DNA from: the human T2T-CHM13v2.0 reference genome, Homo sapiens
NCBI RefSeq assembly: GCF_009914755.1
Contig: NC_060930.1
Length of the DNA: 64,000 nt
Direction: 5' to 3' (one strand)
Shown: piece by piece, positions 28,500 through 47,539 of the stretch
How positions within the stretch are numbered: position 1 is the first letter of the stretch
How the letters are laid out: each line of letters opens with the position of its first letter
Made by a program: the position numbers and the translations under genes
Notes under the pieces: model-generated
What the model was told of the DNA's origin: nothing
What the model saw: the letters and a program-made list of their open reading frames with translations, nothing else
Database searches by the model: none

Positions 28500-29577
28500 A
28501 TTCGAAAATTTTCTCCCATTCTGTAGGTTGTCTGCTCACTCTTAATAGTTTCCTTGCTAGATCCCATTTGTTATTTATTTTTTTTGCCTTCATTGCAATT
28601 GCTTTTGGCATCTTCATCATGAAATCTTTGCCCATTCCTACGTCCAGAATGGTATTGCCTAGGTTATCTTCCAGAGTTTTTATAGCTTTGAGTTTTCCAT
28701 TTAAGTCTTTACTCCATCTTGAGGAACTTAAACAAATTTACAAGAAAAAAGAAACCATTAAAAAGTTGGCAAAGGATATGAACAGACTTTTCAAAAGACA
28801 TGAGTGCAGCCAACAATGATGAAAAAAAGCCCAACATCAATGATCATTACAGAAATGCAAATCAAAACCACAGGAAATACCATCTCACACCAGTCAGAAT
28901 GGCTATTAAAAAGTCAAAATATAACAGATGCTGACAAAGTTGCAAAGAAGGAACCTCCCACTGTTGGTGGAAGTGTAAATTAGTTCAACCATTGTGGAAG
29001 ACAGTGTGGCAATTCCTCAAAGACCTAAAGACAGAAATACCATTGGCCTCATTACTGTATATATACTCAAAGGAATGTAAATCACTCTGTTACAAAGACA
29101 CATGCACATGTATGTTCATTGCAGCACTATTCACAATAGCAAAGACATGGAATCAACCTAAATGCCCATCAGTGATAGATTTGATAAAGAAAATGTGGTA
29201 TACATACAACATGGAATACTATGCAGCCATAAAAAGGGACAAGATCATGTCCTTTGCAGGGACATGGATGGAGCTAGAGGCCATTATCCTTATCAAACTA
29301 ACACAGAAAGAGAAAGCTAAATACCACATGTTCTCACTTGTAAGTGGGAGCTAAATGATGAAACCATATAGACACAAAGAGGGGAACAACACACACTGGA
29401 GTCTATGCAAGGGTGGAGGGTGGGAAGAGAGAGAGTGTTAGGAAAAATAACTCATGAGTACTAGGCTTAATACCTGGGTGACAAAAAAATCTGTACAACA
29501 AACCCCCATGACATGTTTACCTATGTAACAAAACTGTACTTGTACCCCTAAACTTAAAAGTTAAATTTTAAAAAAAG
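28500..29577 (+). mobile_element. Older L1PA 3' fragment with 5' inversion
   Basis: About 28500-28721 is antisense L1 ORF2; 28722-29577 is sense L1 through the 3'UTR and A-tail. Confidence 0.88.
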
Positions 29578-29606
29578 ATATTTTCTTCTCCTTTGTTTGA
29601 TTGTAC

Positions 29607-30062
29607 TGTTAAAGACAAAATACAACAAATTTAGTTTGAAGATCTAATTGGCTTTTATTTGTGATTCTAGAATCAGGCAACACTTCATTCTATGAAACAG
29701 AAGTAGTGATCCACTGGATATGATAGAATGGTTGGTTTTTGTAAGGTGGGAATAAGACAACAGAACGATAAATAAAAGTGCATTGATAGCATAAGTTACT
29801 ACAAGTCACTTTTCTTGTAAGAGTTAAAACAGAGAAGACCTCTTTATTATGCTGACTTAGGAAGATTGAGCTCTTTGACTAGTTGCTGTGAATCTCCTGT
29901 TTTCAGGAAAAACTGCTCTGTTTGGGGCTCTATCAGCTTCCTTAAAGTTCAGTTTGATTATGAGGCACTTTGCATGAGTGACACTATTTTGGTCTGGTCT
30001 GGTCTGTGGGAGTCTGGTGCAGAAGGCTGGTCCAAAACAATGGATTCCCATAAACTGTAACA
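29607..30062 (-). mobile_element. ERV1 solo LTR, MER31/MER67 group
   Basis: Reverse complement 'tttatgggaatccattgttttggac..cagaccagaccaaaatagtgtcactcatgc'; TG..CA ends; TSD GTAC/GCAC. Confidence 0.75.
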
Positions 30063-30474
30063 GCACTTAGTCATAAACATCTCTTTCAGAATTATGTTCA
30101 GCATGTGAATGTCCCTGATGTCCATTTGTAGTCAGATATCAACTCCTTTGGAATCCAGGAAGAATTTTATTTTGACTACATTTAATGTAAATCTGTTTTA
30201 CAGAAGAATTTAAAATATATATCTTGCAGTATATGAACAGAAGATACACTCCTATTGAAAAAGTTCTTGATGACATAGACAGAATCTAAATAGTTATCTA
30301 GCATTTAGTCTGCAAGCCTACAGAATGCTAGATAATGTGATACAGTTAATTTTAGCCAAAGTCTTGCTCATCTGAATGTAACAGTTATAATTTGTAAGAG
30401 TTGTGTTAAAGATAAGGCAGTATTATTTAAAAATTAGTACTATAATGCCACCTACCTGAGTGATACATGGTCTA

Positions 30475-30819
<345 letters not shown>

Positions 30820-31363
30820 CTATTAGTACAATTATATTGTGCTCAAAATATCTGACTATGTATTTTAGGCTAGGTTCATAGTCTTTGTAGCAAAAAATAT
30901 TAATCTTACTAAATTCAGCTTTCAAGAATCATTAAATAATAATTTTATTGTCAGCACTATATGTAAGGCTACATTTCATGACTATAGATTCAAAGCAACA
31001 AAACAGCATGACTATAATGAGAATAGTTAATCATAGTGATTTATTAATAATGCCAGTGTTTACATTTTATCTCTTTTAATGCAATAATCCCATGAGCTGT
31101 AAGTACATTTTACTATCATTATCCCTATTTTACACATAAGAAACACAAAGCACAAAGAGTATTGAATATTAGCTGAATATCACATAGCTGATAAGTGGTA
31201 GAGCTCGTATATAGAGCTGACTCCAGAACCCTGGCTCCTCACTGCCATACTACAGTACCTCATATATATGAGGAAAATATATATAAGAAAAGTTGCTTTG
31301 TGTGAGATTTGCTTTAGCTAACTTTTACTACAGTATCATTATTTGTCATTTAAAATTAGAAAT

Positions 31364-31673
31364 AGCTGGGCATGGTGGCTCATGCCTATAATCCCAGCAC
31401 TTTGGGAGGCCGAGGCAGGTGGATCACGAGGTCAGGATTTCGAGACCAGCCTGACCAACATGGTGAAACACCGTCTCTACTAAAACTACAAAAATTAGCC
31501 GGGTGTGGTGGTGGATGCCTGTAATCCCAGCTACTCAGAAGGCTGTGGCAGGAGAGTTGCTTTTTAATCCAGGAGGCAGAGTTTGCAGTGAGCCGAGATC
31601 ACGCCATTGCACTCCAGCCTGGGTGACAGAGCAAGACTCCATCTCAAAAAATAAATAAATGAATAAATAAAAT
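31364..31673 (+). mobile_element. AluS
   Basis: Full dimer; (AAAT)n tail; TSD taaaa(t/c)tagaaa. Confidence 0.95.
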
Positions 31674-32053
31674 AAAACTAGAAACACTCTAATTGCGGCA
31701 TTAATCCAGATAAATTGAAAAACATTGATATTACTGATGATTACAAAGAGTCTTGAGGTCAAATAAAAGATTTAGAAAAATTATGTTTTGATGAAGACAG
31801 AGTTCAGATATGTTACAGTAAAATGGGTTTACATACTTCTTATGACCATTATTAGTAAGCAAAAATGTGTAATTTTGTTTTTAAAAAATGGCACTGATGA
31901 CATTGACTATAAGTTCATTCTATTCTAATTTATTTAGACTTTTTATTCCTGCATTCAGTAACACCCTTAGCAGTTTTGAGGGGCATTATGAAATTTGGTA
32001 TGATTATGAAGACTATAACTTCAGAAACTAGAAGAAATTTGCAGTTACCTTGA

Positions 32054-32584
<531 letters not shown>

Positions 32585-32814
32585 TAAATGTGGATCTCAT
32601 GAATTTAGAGTTCATTATAATTCACAGACAGAACCAAAGATTACCTTTGGCTTAGGCGCAGAGAGAGTGGCAGGCTCAGCTAAGCAATTTGACTCACACC
32701 CAACCAGCAACTGCAGTTTTTGTTACCTAATGTGCAAAATCCACACAGCTTATTCTATTTACAAAGTTGTAAAGTGATAGAAAGCTTTTTCCATTTTCCA
32801 GTCAAGTGTTGTAC

Positions 32815-33082
32815 AGGGTGTCAGCAGCATGTTTATTAAAACGAAGCAACTTCATGACAGTTAATCAAAATTCTCCAGCTTTCCATTGTCAAGAATCTCT
32901 GGACCTCTGAGGGCTTGCCCAGACATTTTTGCCCAGGTCCATGTGGAACTACAAGTTCCTCTATGCCTCCAAATAGCCAAACAGTGTCCCAGAAATGTTT
33001 GCTCCAATCTTTCTCTTATTTGTCTCATGCGCCCTGTGCTAGAAGCTCTGTTCATCTGTATCCATTTACTGGTAACATGCTC
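32815..33082 (-). ncRNA. Candidate terminal exon of a minus-strand transcript
   Basis: Minus-strand acceptor ttatctgttgaacag|G (AG at 33084-33083); AATAAA on minus at 32837-32832; unique sequence. Confidence 0.3.
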
Positions 33083-33479
33083 CTGTTCAACAGATAAATG
33101 AGTTGGTGTTCTTGTCTGTAACTGGCTGAAAAAGTGCAGGGTGAGATCTCCTCCACCCCAGTCCTGTCCGTCTGTTCATCATATTCCATGACCATGTGTC
33201 CTGATCTTTTCATCTCCCATAGCTGATGTGGCTACTCTATGCTTCCAAAAACTTACATAATGTTAAATCTTAGAACATTTACAAGTTGTCAGGGAACATG
33301 TACCCACCCAAAAGTAATAACATTCCCCCCACTTTTCTTCCTTTCTTTTTTTTTTTTTAATCTCATGGTTTATTTCAGTGGAATTGAAAAAAGTAGCCAA
33401 TTTTTTTCACAATTGGAATTTGGGGTTGATGAAGGGAACTGGTAAATACAGTTTGGAAAGCAATGTTCTGCTAAGAAAT

Positions 33480-34145
33480 TCAGATTTTATGAGCCAAGGA
33501 AAACCATCATATCTTTTTGTTGTTGTTTTAATGTGAAATGATCAGAGCTGTGCTTTAGGAATATTAATCTGACTACTATGTTTTGAATGAATTAAAAAGA
33601 GGAGAAAACAGAGTCATGAAATCCAGTTACTGCTGTAGGATCAATCTGGGTGAGCAAGTAATGAAAGCCTGAACTAGTGAAGCAGCAGTGGGAATGAAGA
33701 GGAGGGAGACAATGGTCAGTGGAATTCGTATGACTTGGCAATTGAGTTTATAGTTGAGGAAGAAGGAAATGTCAAAGGTAACAGGTTTTGAGATGTCTAT
33801 TGCCCATTCCTGGTGCTAATAAAATTATAGAAATATGGAACAGAAGAAGAATCTCCATTCTGCATTTAGGATGTTAGTGAAACATCCACAAAGAGGTTAT
33901 TAACCAGGCAATAGAAATATAGAAACCCTATTATAAGTTTTGAATGTCTCTTTACTGATGGACTATGAAAATAGATGGAATTTCTATATGCGAGTGTGGA
34001 GTATACAAAGATATGAATTGCATGGGATTTTAAAAGTCACTGAGAAAAAGGATTGAGGAAGGAACAAAGTAAAGAAACAGTCAAGTAGTGTGAGGGGACT
34101 CATGAGAGTACAGAATCACAGAGAGCCAGAGAGAAGAGTTTCAGG
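33480..34145 (-). mobile_element. L2 fragment
   Basis: 'tgatcagagctgtgctttagg', 'gcctgaactag..gcagtggg', typical antisense L2. Confidence 0.7.
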
Positions 34146-34149
34146 CAGA

Positions 34150-34518
34150 AGGTTTATCTGCTTGTGGTTTGTTGAGCTTCTTGAACCTGCAGATTAATGT
34201 TTTTCGTCAAATTTAGTATGTTTTCAGTCATTCTTTTTAAAAATATTTTTCTGTCTCCTTCTCTCTCTTGTTTCCTTCTGGAGCTCTCATTATATGTATA
34301 TTGGTATACTTGATGTCCCACAGGTCTCTTTTCTTCAGCTGGGATAATTTCTGCTCATCTGTCAAGTTCATTGATTCTTTCTTCTGCCATTTTGAATATG
34401 CTATTGAGGGCTTCTAGTGAATTCTTCACTTCAGTTTTCAAATCCAGAATATGCATTTGGTTCCTTTTTCTAATTTCTATCACCTGAGAGTTTCTGTTTA
34501 TTGATTCATTGCTGTCAT
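34150..34518 (-). mobile_element. Old L1M 5'/ORF1-region fragment (continues at 36025-36310, 36613-36703, 43273-43990)
   Basis: 'ttgagcttcttg..tcaaattt..ttttcagtcatt', 'ttctttcttctgcc'; host of nested L1PA and Alu insertions. Confidence 0.65.
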
Positions 34519-36023
34519 TTTTTTTATTATTATTATTCTACTTTAAGTTCTAGGGTATATGAGCACAACGTGTAGGTTTGATACATAGGTATACATGTGT
34601 CATGTTGGTTTGCTGCACCCATCAACTTGTCATTTACATTAGGCATTTCTCCTAATGCTATCCCTCCCCCAGCCCCCACCCCCTGACAGGCCCTGGTGTG
34701 TGATGTTCCCCGCCCTGTGTCCAAGGGTTCTCATTGTTCAATTCCCACCTTTGAGTGAGAACATGTGGTGTTTGGTTTTCTGTCCTTGCGATAGTTTGCT
34801 CAGAATGATGGTTTCCAGCGTCATCAATGTCACTACAAAGGACATGAACTCATCCTTTTTTATGGCTGCATAGTATTCCGTGGTGTATATGTGCCATATT
34901 TTCTTTATCCAGTCTATCAATGATGGACATTTGGGTTGGTTCCAAGGCTTTGCTACTGTGAATAGTGCTGCAGTAAACATATGTGTGCACGTGTCTTTAT
35001 AGTAGCATGATTTATAATCCTTTGCATATATACCCAGTAATGGGATTGCTTGGTCAAATGGTATTTCTAGTTCTAGATCCTTGAGGAATCACCACACTGT
35101 CTTCCACAATGGTTGAACTAATTTACACTCCCAACAGTGTAAAAGTGTTCGTGTTTCTCCACATCCTCTCCAGCATCTGTTGTTTCCTGACTTTTTAATG
35201 ATTGCCATTCTAACTGACATGAGATGGTATCTCATTGTGAATTTGATTTGCATTTCTCTGATGGCCAGTGATGATGACCATTTTTTAATGTGTCAGCTGC
35301 ATAAATGTCTTCTTTTGAGAAGTGTCTATTCATATCCTTCACCCACTTTTCGATGGGATAATTTTTTTCGTGTAAATTTGTTTGAGTTCTTTGTAGATTC
35401 TGGATATTAGCCCTTGTCAGATGGGTAGATTGCAAAAATTTTCTCCCGTTCTGTAGGTTGCCTGTTCACTCTGATGGTAGTTTCTTTTGCTGTGCAGAAG
35501 CTCTTTAGTTTAATTAGATCCCATTTGTCAATTTTGGCTTTTGTTGCAAAATGCCATTGCCATTTGCATTTTGGTGTTTTAGTCATAAAGTCCTTGCCCA
35601 TGCCTGTGTCCTGAATGGTATTGCCTAGGTTTTCTTCTAGGGTTTTTATGGTTCCAGGTCTAACATTTAAGTCTTTAATCCATCTTGAATTAATTTTTGT
35701 ATAAGGTGTAAGGAAGGCATCCAGTTTCAGCTTTCTACATTTGGCTAGCCAGTTTTCCCAGAACCATTTATGAAACAGGGAATCCTTTCCCCATTTCTTA
35801 TTTTTGTCAGGTTTGTCAAAGATCAGATGGTTGTAGATGTGTGCTATTATTTCTGAGGCTTCTGCCTGTACCATTGGTCTATATATCTGTTTTGGTACCA
35901 GTACCATGCTGTTTTGGTTACTGTAGCCTTGTAATATAGTTTGAAGTCAGATAGTGTGATACCTCCAGCTTTGTTCTTTTTGCTTAGGATTGTCTTGGCA
36001 ATGCGGGCTCTTTTTTGGTTCCA
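34519..36023 (-). mobile_element. 5'-truncated L1PA (L1PA6-like)
   Basis: Antisense 3'UTR and ORF2 C-terminus (ORFs 34738-34980, 35407-35907 translate as L1 ORF2). Confidence 0.93.
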
Positions 36024-36313
36024 ATATGTTAATTTTTAAAACATGGTTTATTTTAGTTATTTGAATGAAATAGAATGAAATAGCTGCTTTTAAAAATAGC
36101 TGCTTAATATTTTTTTGTCTACAAGTTTAGCATTTGGGGACAACCAGAGACTATTTTTGTTCAATTATTTTTTTTCCTGAATATGGGTCACATAATCTTG
36201 GTTTTTGCACATATTATAATTATTTTGTTGGAAAGTGGATATATTAGATAATATATTGTAGTAAGTTTGGATTCTAATTTTTTTTAACTTTATGAAGGCT
36301 ATTATTGTTGCTG

Positions 36314-36612
36314 TTTTTTTTTTTTTTTTTCGAGATGGAGTCTTGCTCTGTTGCCCAGAGCCAGAGTGCAATGGCGCGGTCTTGGCTCACTGCAAGCCTC
36401 TGCCTCCCAGGTTCAGGTAATTCTCCTGCCTCAGTCTCCTGAGTAGCTGGGATTACAGGCACATGCCACCACACCTGGCTAATTTTTGTATGTTTAGTAG
36501 AGATGGGTTTCACCATGTTGGCCAGGCTGGTCTTAAACTCCTGACCTCGTAATCTACCCGCCTCAGCCTCCCAAAGTGCTGGGATTACAGGCATGAGCCA
36601 CCGCACCTGGCC
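36314..36612 (-). mobile_element. AluS
   Basis: Antisense dimer with poly-T. Confidence 0.95.
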
Positions 36613-37704
36613 TATTTTTTGTTTCTTTAAGTAACTTGCCTGGGCAAAATTTGTAAAAACCTTTTTCTCTGCCATTTGCACATGCTGATATTTCTGCTCA
36701 GTTAAAATATATACATACAGGAGAGGTTCCAAGATGGCCAAATAGGAATAGCTCCAGTCTACAGCTCCCAGCATGAGTGATGCAGAAGACAGGTGATTCC
36801 TGCATTTCCAACTGAGGTAGCAGGTTCATCTCACTGGGGCTTGTTGGACAGTGGATGCAGCCCACGGAGCAGGGCGGGGCATCGCCTTACCTGGGAAGCG
36901 CAAGGGGTCAGGGAATTCCCTTTCCTAGCCAAGGAAAGCCATGACAGATGGTACCTGGAAAATCGGGACACTTCCACCCTAATACTGCGCTTTTCCAATG
37001 GTCTTAGCAAATGGCACTCCTGGAGATTATATCCTGTGCCTGGCTCCGAGGGTCCCACGCCCACGGAGCCTCACTCACTGCTAGCACAGCAGTCTGAGAT
37101 TGAACTGCAAGGTGGCAGTGAGGCTGCGGGAGGGGCGTCTGCCATTGCTGAGTCTTGAGTAGGTAAACAAAGCCACTAGGAAGCTCAAACTGGGCAGAGC
37201 CCACTGCAGGTCAAGGAGGCCTACCTGCCTCTGTAGACTCCACCTCTGTGGGCAGGGCATAGCTGAACAAAAGGCAGCAGAAACTTCTGCAGACTTAAAC
37301 GTCCCTGTCCAAAAGCTCTGAAGACAGTAGTGGTTCTCCCGGCATGGAGTTTGTGATCTGAGAATGGACAGACTGCCTCCTCAAGTGGGTCCCTGACCCC
37401 CAAGTAGCCTAAATGGGAGACACCTCACAGTAGTGGCTGACTGACACCTCATACAGCCAGGTCCCCCTCTGCGACAAAGCTTCCAGAGGAAGCATCAGGC
37501 AGCAACATTGGCCATTCTGCAATATTTGCTGTTCTGCAGCATCCACTGGTGATACCCAGGCAAACAGGGTCTGGAGTGGACCTCTAGCAAACTCCAACAG
37601 ACCTGCAGCTGAGGGTCCTGACTGTTAGAAGGAAAACTAACAAACAGAAAGGACATCCACACTATCACCATCATCAAAGACCAAGGGTAGATAAAACCAC
37701 AAAG

Positions 37705-38718
37705 ATGGGGAGAAACCAGAGCAGAAAAGCTGAAAATTCTAAAAATCAGAGTGCCTCTTCTCCTCCAAAGGAATGCAGTTCCTCGCCAGCAACAGAACAA
37801 AGCTGGATGGAGAATGACTTTGATGAGTTGAGAAAAGAAGGCTTCAGACGATCGGTAATAACAAACTTCTCTGAGCTAAAGGAGGGTGTTTGAACCCATC
37901 ACAAAGAAGCTAAAAACCTTGAAAAAAGATTAGATGAGTGGCTAACTAGAATAAACAGTGTAGAGAAGACCTTAAATGACCTGATGGAGCTGAAAGCCAT
38001 GGCATGAGAACTACGTGATGCATGCACAAGCTTCAGTAGCCGATTTGATCAAGTGGAAGAAAGGGTATCAGTGATTGAAGATCAAATGAATTAAATGAAG
38101 TGAGAAAAGTTTAGAGAAAAAAGAGTAAAAAGAAACGAACAAAGCCTCCAAGAAATATGGGACTATGTGGAAAGACCAAATCTACATCTGATTGGCATAC
38201 CTGAAAGTGACAGGGAGAATGGAACCAAGTTAGAAAACACTCTTCAGGATATTATCCAGGAGAACTTCCCCAACCTAGCAAGGCAGGCCAACATTCAAAT
38301 TCAGGCAATACGGAGAATGCCACAAAGATACTCCTCGTGAAGAGCAACTCCAAGACACATAATTGTCAAATTCACCAAAGTTGAAATGAAGGAAAAAATG
38401 TTAAGGGCAGCCAGAGAGAAAGGTTGGGTTACCTACGAAGAGAAGCCCATCAGACTAACAGCGGATCTCTCGGCAGAAACTCTACAAGCCAGAAGACAGT
38501 GGGGGCCAATATTCAACATTCTTAAAGAAAAGAATTTTCAACCCAGAATTTCATATCCAGCCAAACTAAGCTTCATAAGTGAAGGAGAAATAAAATCCTT
38601 TTCAGACAAGCAAATGCTGAGAGATTTTGTCACCATCAGGCCTGCCTTACAAGAGCTCCTGAAGGAAGCACTAACCATGGAAAGGAACAACCGATATCAG
38701 CCACATGCCAAATTGTAA
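37705..38718 (+). pseudogene. L1 ORF1 (RNA-binding protein) with multiple in-frame stops
   Basis: MGRNQSRKAENSKNQ.. stops at 37891-37893; C-terminal piece MKEKMLRAAREKG.. is open. Confidence 0.93.
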
Positions 38719-38781
38719 AGATCATCAATGCTAGGAAGAAACTGCATCAACTAATGAGCAAAATAACCAGCTAACATCATA

Positions 38782-42951
<4,170 letters not shown>

Positions 42952-43149
42952 ACAATGAGAACACTTGGACACAGGGTGGGGAACATCACACACCAGGGTG
43001 GGGTGGGTGGAGAGGGGAGGGATAGCATTAGGAGATATACCTAATGTAAATGATGAGTTAACAGGTGCAGCAAACCAACATGGCACATGTATACATATGT
43101 AACAAACCTGCACGTTGTTCTCATGTACCCTAGAACATAAAGTATAACC

Positions 43150-43272
43150 AAAATATATATATACACATACATATACATATATATCAATATTTATATACAC
43201 TAATATAAAATGGATATGTATACATATATACGTATATCTACACACACACACCCATATACATACATACACACC
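43150..43272. repeat. (TA/CA)-rich simple repeat at the L1 3' junction
   Basis: Seen directly. Confidence 0.85.
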
Positions 43273-45030
43273 TCTAAACCTGGATTCCTAAAGGTTTTCC
43301 CATGCCAGTATGGCTTAGTGATTGGATAGAGGTTGTGCTGAAACACTTGAGCCAATGAAGTTTCTGTCTTTTGCCAAAGGATCTCTGTGTGGTAGGGGAG
43401 CTCACTCAGAGTTCAGGTGCTTTCAAGCTGACTCAAGCTCCAGCTTTTACTGACCACTGGACCTTTTCTTATCTCTTTTATGCAAACAAATTCAGGGGTA
43501 GCCAGGATTGAGTGACTAGCTCGGGCCTTCTCCAGGAAATATACACAGCCAGAGAAGTATTCTCCAACTGTGACTACAGCCTCAGACTAGTAGAGCAGTT
43601 GGCTTTCCCTGTTTACCCACCTCAGAGATCAGCACTTTTACCAAATATGCTGCTGGGAGTGGTCATTTCTCATCACTCCAGATTGAGTGAGCTCTCATGG
43701 ATCGTGACAGAGAAGCTGCCTGTCCTCATGGCCTGGCCTCCTTCTATAAAACCTCTGTCCTTACTGAAGTGAGGAGGAAGGGAGGGCAGATATGTGAGTA
43801 GCTTCAGGCTAGAATGCCACAGGTTCTCATTATTCTTATATTCAGCAGTTTTTCAAGCCTAAACACTTCTCAGGTTGTATGCCTTTGGTTGATTTTCAGA
43901 GTGCTAAAATGATTGTTTTTGTCAATTTTATCCAGCTTTATAGTTACTTTTTACAGAGAGAATTTGTCTCCTCACTTGGCCATAACCAAAAGCTCACCAC
44001 TTACTACCTTTAAAAGAATCACTTACATATTAATTATTTCATGTTTACATGCATAGTCTTTTTAAAAAAATACCTAAATGTACTACTCCCTTTTATAGTG
44101 TTTAGGAATCTGAACTTATAATTTTAAGAGGCTAATTAGCTCAAATCCAGTTTCATTTTTAAATTTTATATCTTGCTTTTTTCTATGTCAAAATGATTTA
44201 TCTCATAAGAGAACAGGATAGTAAGAAAACTGAAAAGTGATCAGGCCATTTCGTATGCCTTAATAAAAACTGCCCAAGATGGTATGGTTGAGGAAGAGTA
44301 TGAAGATCAATGGGTATGGGCCTACATTATTCTAGGACTGACTTATTTCCCTATAGAGTGGAAATCTTCTACTTCTAACTTCTGTGGCAATAAATTCTTT
44401 TTTTAAAAGCATGATTATATGAGAACTCTTCAGAGAAAAGAACTTGTATCTCTTCTTTTCGTATCACAAAAGCTTACTCTAGTGAATTCTGGGTAACCCA
44501 AACTGAAAATTAAATTTAGAATTTGCAGGGTCATGAGCTTCTACCCAGATTATCTCAGGAAAAGGTATTAAACAGGACCATCATTACCCCATTAATCATA
44601 AAAAAGTCCAACTGACACAATTGTCTATTCTTTGAGGGAACAAAAAACCCAGTCAGGCAGACATTGTTTTGTACTCATTTGGTAATTTTGATATTTAAGA
44701 CTATTCCTTGGACAGAAAAGTATATGACTCTCTAAATGTCAGGCAAGTCCATACCACTATGATGATATTCTCAAAGATGAGTTATGTTCCATGCAAGTAT
44801 ATTCACTAAACGTGTACGGTACCAAATACTCTGACTCCAAGTAATAAAAAAAAATAGCTTTTGGGTCTTTTCCATGCCTTTAGACATGACGAACATAGAC
44901 TATTTAATTGTATAAAGATTTTCCTGGCATATCTTCCTTTTGGAAAAAAAAAAAAAGTCCTGAAAGTCCTTCTGTTTTATGAAATATTCTAGTCTCTGTT
45001 CTGCATTATATTATTTTACATAGAACTTAC

Positions 45031-45358
45031 AGTCTTAAAAAAGAATGTTCATTTGTTAAAAAGCTCCCAAATTGACTAATATTATTGCTATTATAGTTTG
45101 TTTTTACATAGTGTTTAATAGAACATTTGTTGTGATTAAGCAAGATTGCTTCTTTGTCTTCTTTTCTCTTTTCTTCCAAATAGTTCAACGCCATTATAAC
45201 TTTCCTGTAACAGAGATGGGAATGTTTCCCTTCACTGAATCCCCATCTCATGAATCTACAGTCTTGAAACCCTTATTTTAACAGAACAGTCATCTGACTC
45301 GGTTTGGCTGTCTCATACCAAGATCTCAGGGCAGCAACAGAGTAACCCTTGCTGGTAC
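45031..45358 (-). ncRNA. Candidate internal exon of a minus-strand transcript
   Basis: Minus acceptor cctttgttttctctcacag|G (AG at 45360-45359); donor act|gtaagt (45030-45025). Confidence 0.3.
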
Positions 45359-47539
45359 CTGTGAGAGAAAACAAAGGGTCTGTTTTGAGTATAGTAGAAG
45401 GTAAAAAATGAACTTGATACTTCTTCACATCTTAAAACTTTTATTTTTTTATTTAAGAAGTATGCTAATAAGTTGTAACATGAACATTTAAATCCCTAGG
45501 AACCATCTTTATAGTTGATTATAATATATTTTTATTGGCTGAATATATCACAACTACATTCTATTCCACTCTATTATAGTGATGTTTGTTATTTATTAAT
45601 AACTATTATTTTTACCTCATTATAAAATAGCTACATAATAGGAAATGTTTAGTAATGTTCTGCAAAGAGGAAAAAAAAGAATAAGGGATATTGACCATCT
45701 TGGATAGTTTTTCATGAATTCAAAGTCCTCAGTAAGTGATTTTAGAAACTCAACTTTATCAACTTAGTTCAAATAAGCAGTCTTTGCTGATTAAAATAGT
45801 CTTTTCTGTCATCAGAGTATTCCAATTCTAAACTCAGAGAATTTAGGAATTTCAGTTTATAATCAGAAAGCTCCCTGGTGAACTATGAATAGTGACAAAG
45901 GCCTTAAGGAATATTTATCCCAACTTTGGTAGAACCTGGAGAGTTGTCTTTTACATTTTATCATGCACCTTTCTAGTAACTGCAGTTCTTCTATCCCACA
46001 GTGGTACTCTTTAGTTTATGGGAAATTTAAATCCCGATATTAAATCTTTATTAATTTGTGTAACCTCCTTGGTTACACTGGCCTGTAAACAAAGCTCATT
46101 TCAGTCTCTGCTCAAACCCTTGGAAAAGTTAGTTAATATCTCTGAACCTCAATTCTGCCTGTAAATATGTAAAATGAAAGGAACCAATTAGATGTCTAGC
46201 TATAACATTTCTTGATTTTAAGTGTTTATACTTTTTTAGAATCACCACTCTCCATATATTTGTGTGAGCTAGTCAACTATTATCTATCTACTCATGGCCT
46301 CCTTGGTACAACCAGTCCTTTCAGACCTTAACTTATCCTGTTCCTGCATCCAAGAATCAATTCAACTGAAATGGCTGGTCAGAACCATTTTTTCTCTTGA
46401 TCACAAGGGTTCTCCAAACACAAGGATTCCTCAAATGATAAAATACCTGCTCCAGAAGAATCTCTCAATATGGTGCTGAATTTGCATAGGTTATTGATCC
46501 TAATTTCTAGACTCTGAATGGAGGCTAGTTGTGCTTGGAGCAGTGGTTCTCCAAGCATAAGGACTTAAAATCCACAGGGTTAGTGCTGGGTGAGGCAGAG
46601 GTCAGTAGCTCTTGAACTGGATAGTAAACATCAAGAAATTGAGAAATAAAAAACAGGAACTTTGGGATGCTTTTTAAAACCACCACAGCCTCAGATGTTT
46701 GTGTTGAAGGAGTAAGATGGCCAAGAAAAAAAAAATGTTAGGTCTGAGAGTTTACTCATTCCAATAACAGACCTGGCAGAGAAATCATTACCCATTTTGC
46801 AACACAGCCTTAGGGCAAGTCTGGGCAAGCTCTGGGTGGGCAAAAAATAGGCTTTCCAAAACTCACCTAGCTTTCCAGCCCACCCCACGTACATGCCCCA
46901 CACGTGAAGTCTTCCTTTCTTTCCTCGTTTCTTTCTCCTTCCCCCCTCCTCCTTCCTCTCTCTCTTTCTCTCTTCCAGAATGAATGATTTGTATGACTGT
47001 GGAATGTGTTTGTCAGACAAGTCCATCAGGGACTTATAACAGTCCCTTAATAGGGTAAGAGAGAGATATGAGTCTTGTGGTCATAAGTGGTTGGGCTTCC
47101 CCACTACCTCATTCATTTATGTTAGCTAACTATTAAAATCTAGGTCTTTACTAATTTATAGTTAAAATATACATAGGAGTAAATGTGTGTTTGTGTGTGT
47201 GGGTCTGTGTGTGTATAAACACTGATGGATATTTTTCCAAATGAACTGATGATGACCTCTAACTTCTGGTTCATGAGAAGGAACTTTATGTCCTACTTTT
47301 GCTCTGGAAAAATGAAAAGACTGCTAAGGGGGAGTAGTCATGATGGAATTGTGCATGTGTGTGTTAGGTAATATTGGGTGGAAAATTAAGGGATATTTTC
47401 CTTTGTAGTATTCCAAATAAATCTGTTTATGTGATAGATAGTTACTTGGAATAAATATCTTTCTTCATGAGTGCCTTCTTAATTTCCAGAAAAATCTTAT
47501 AAAGGTTTCTCAGTAAGGTTCTTTAAATAAACTTTGTTT

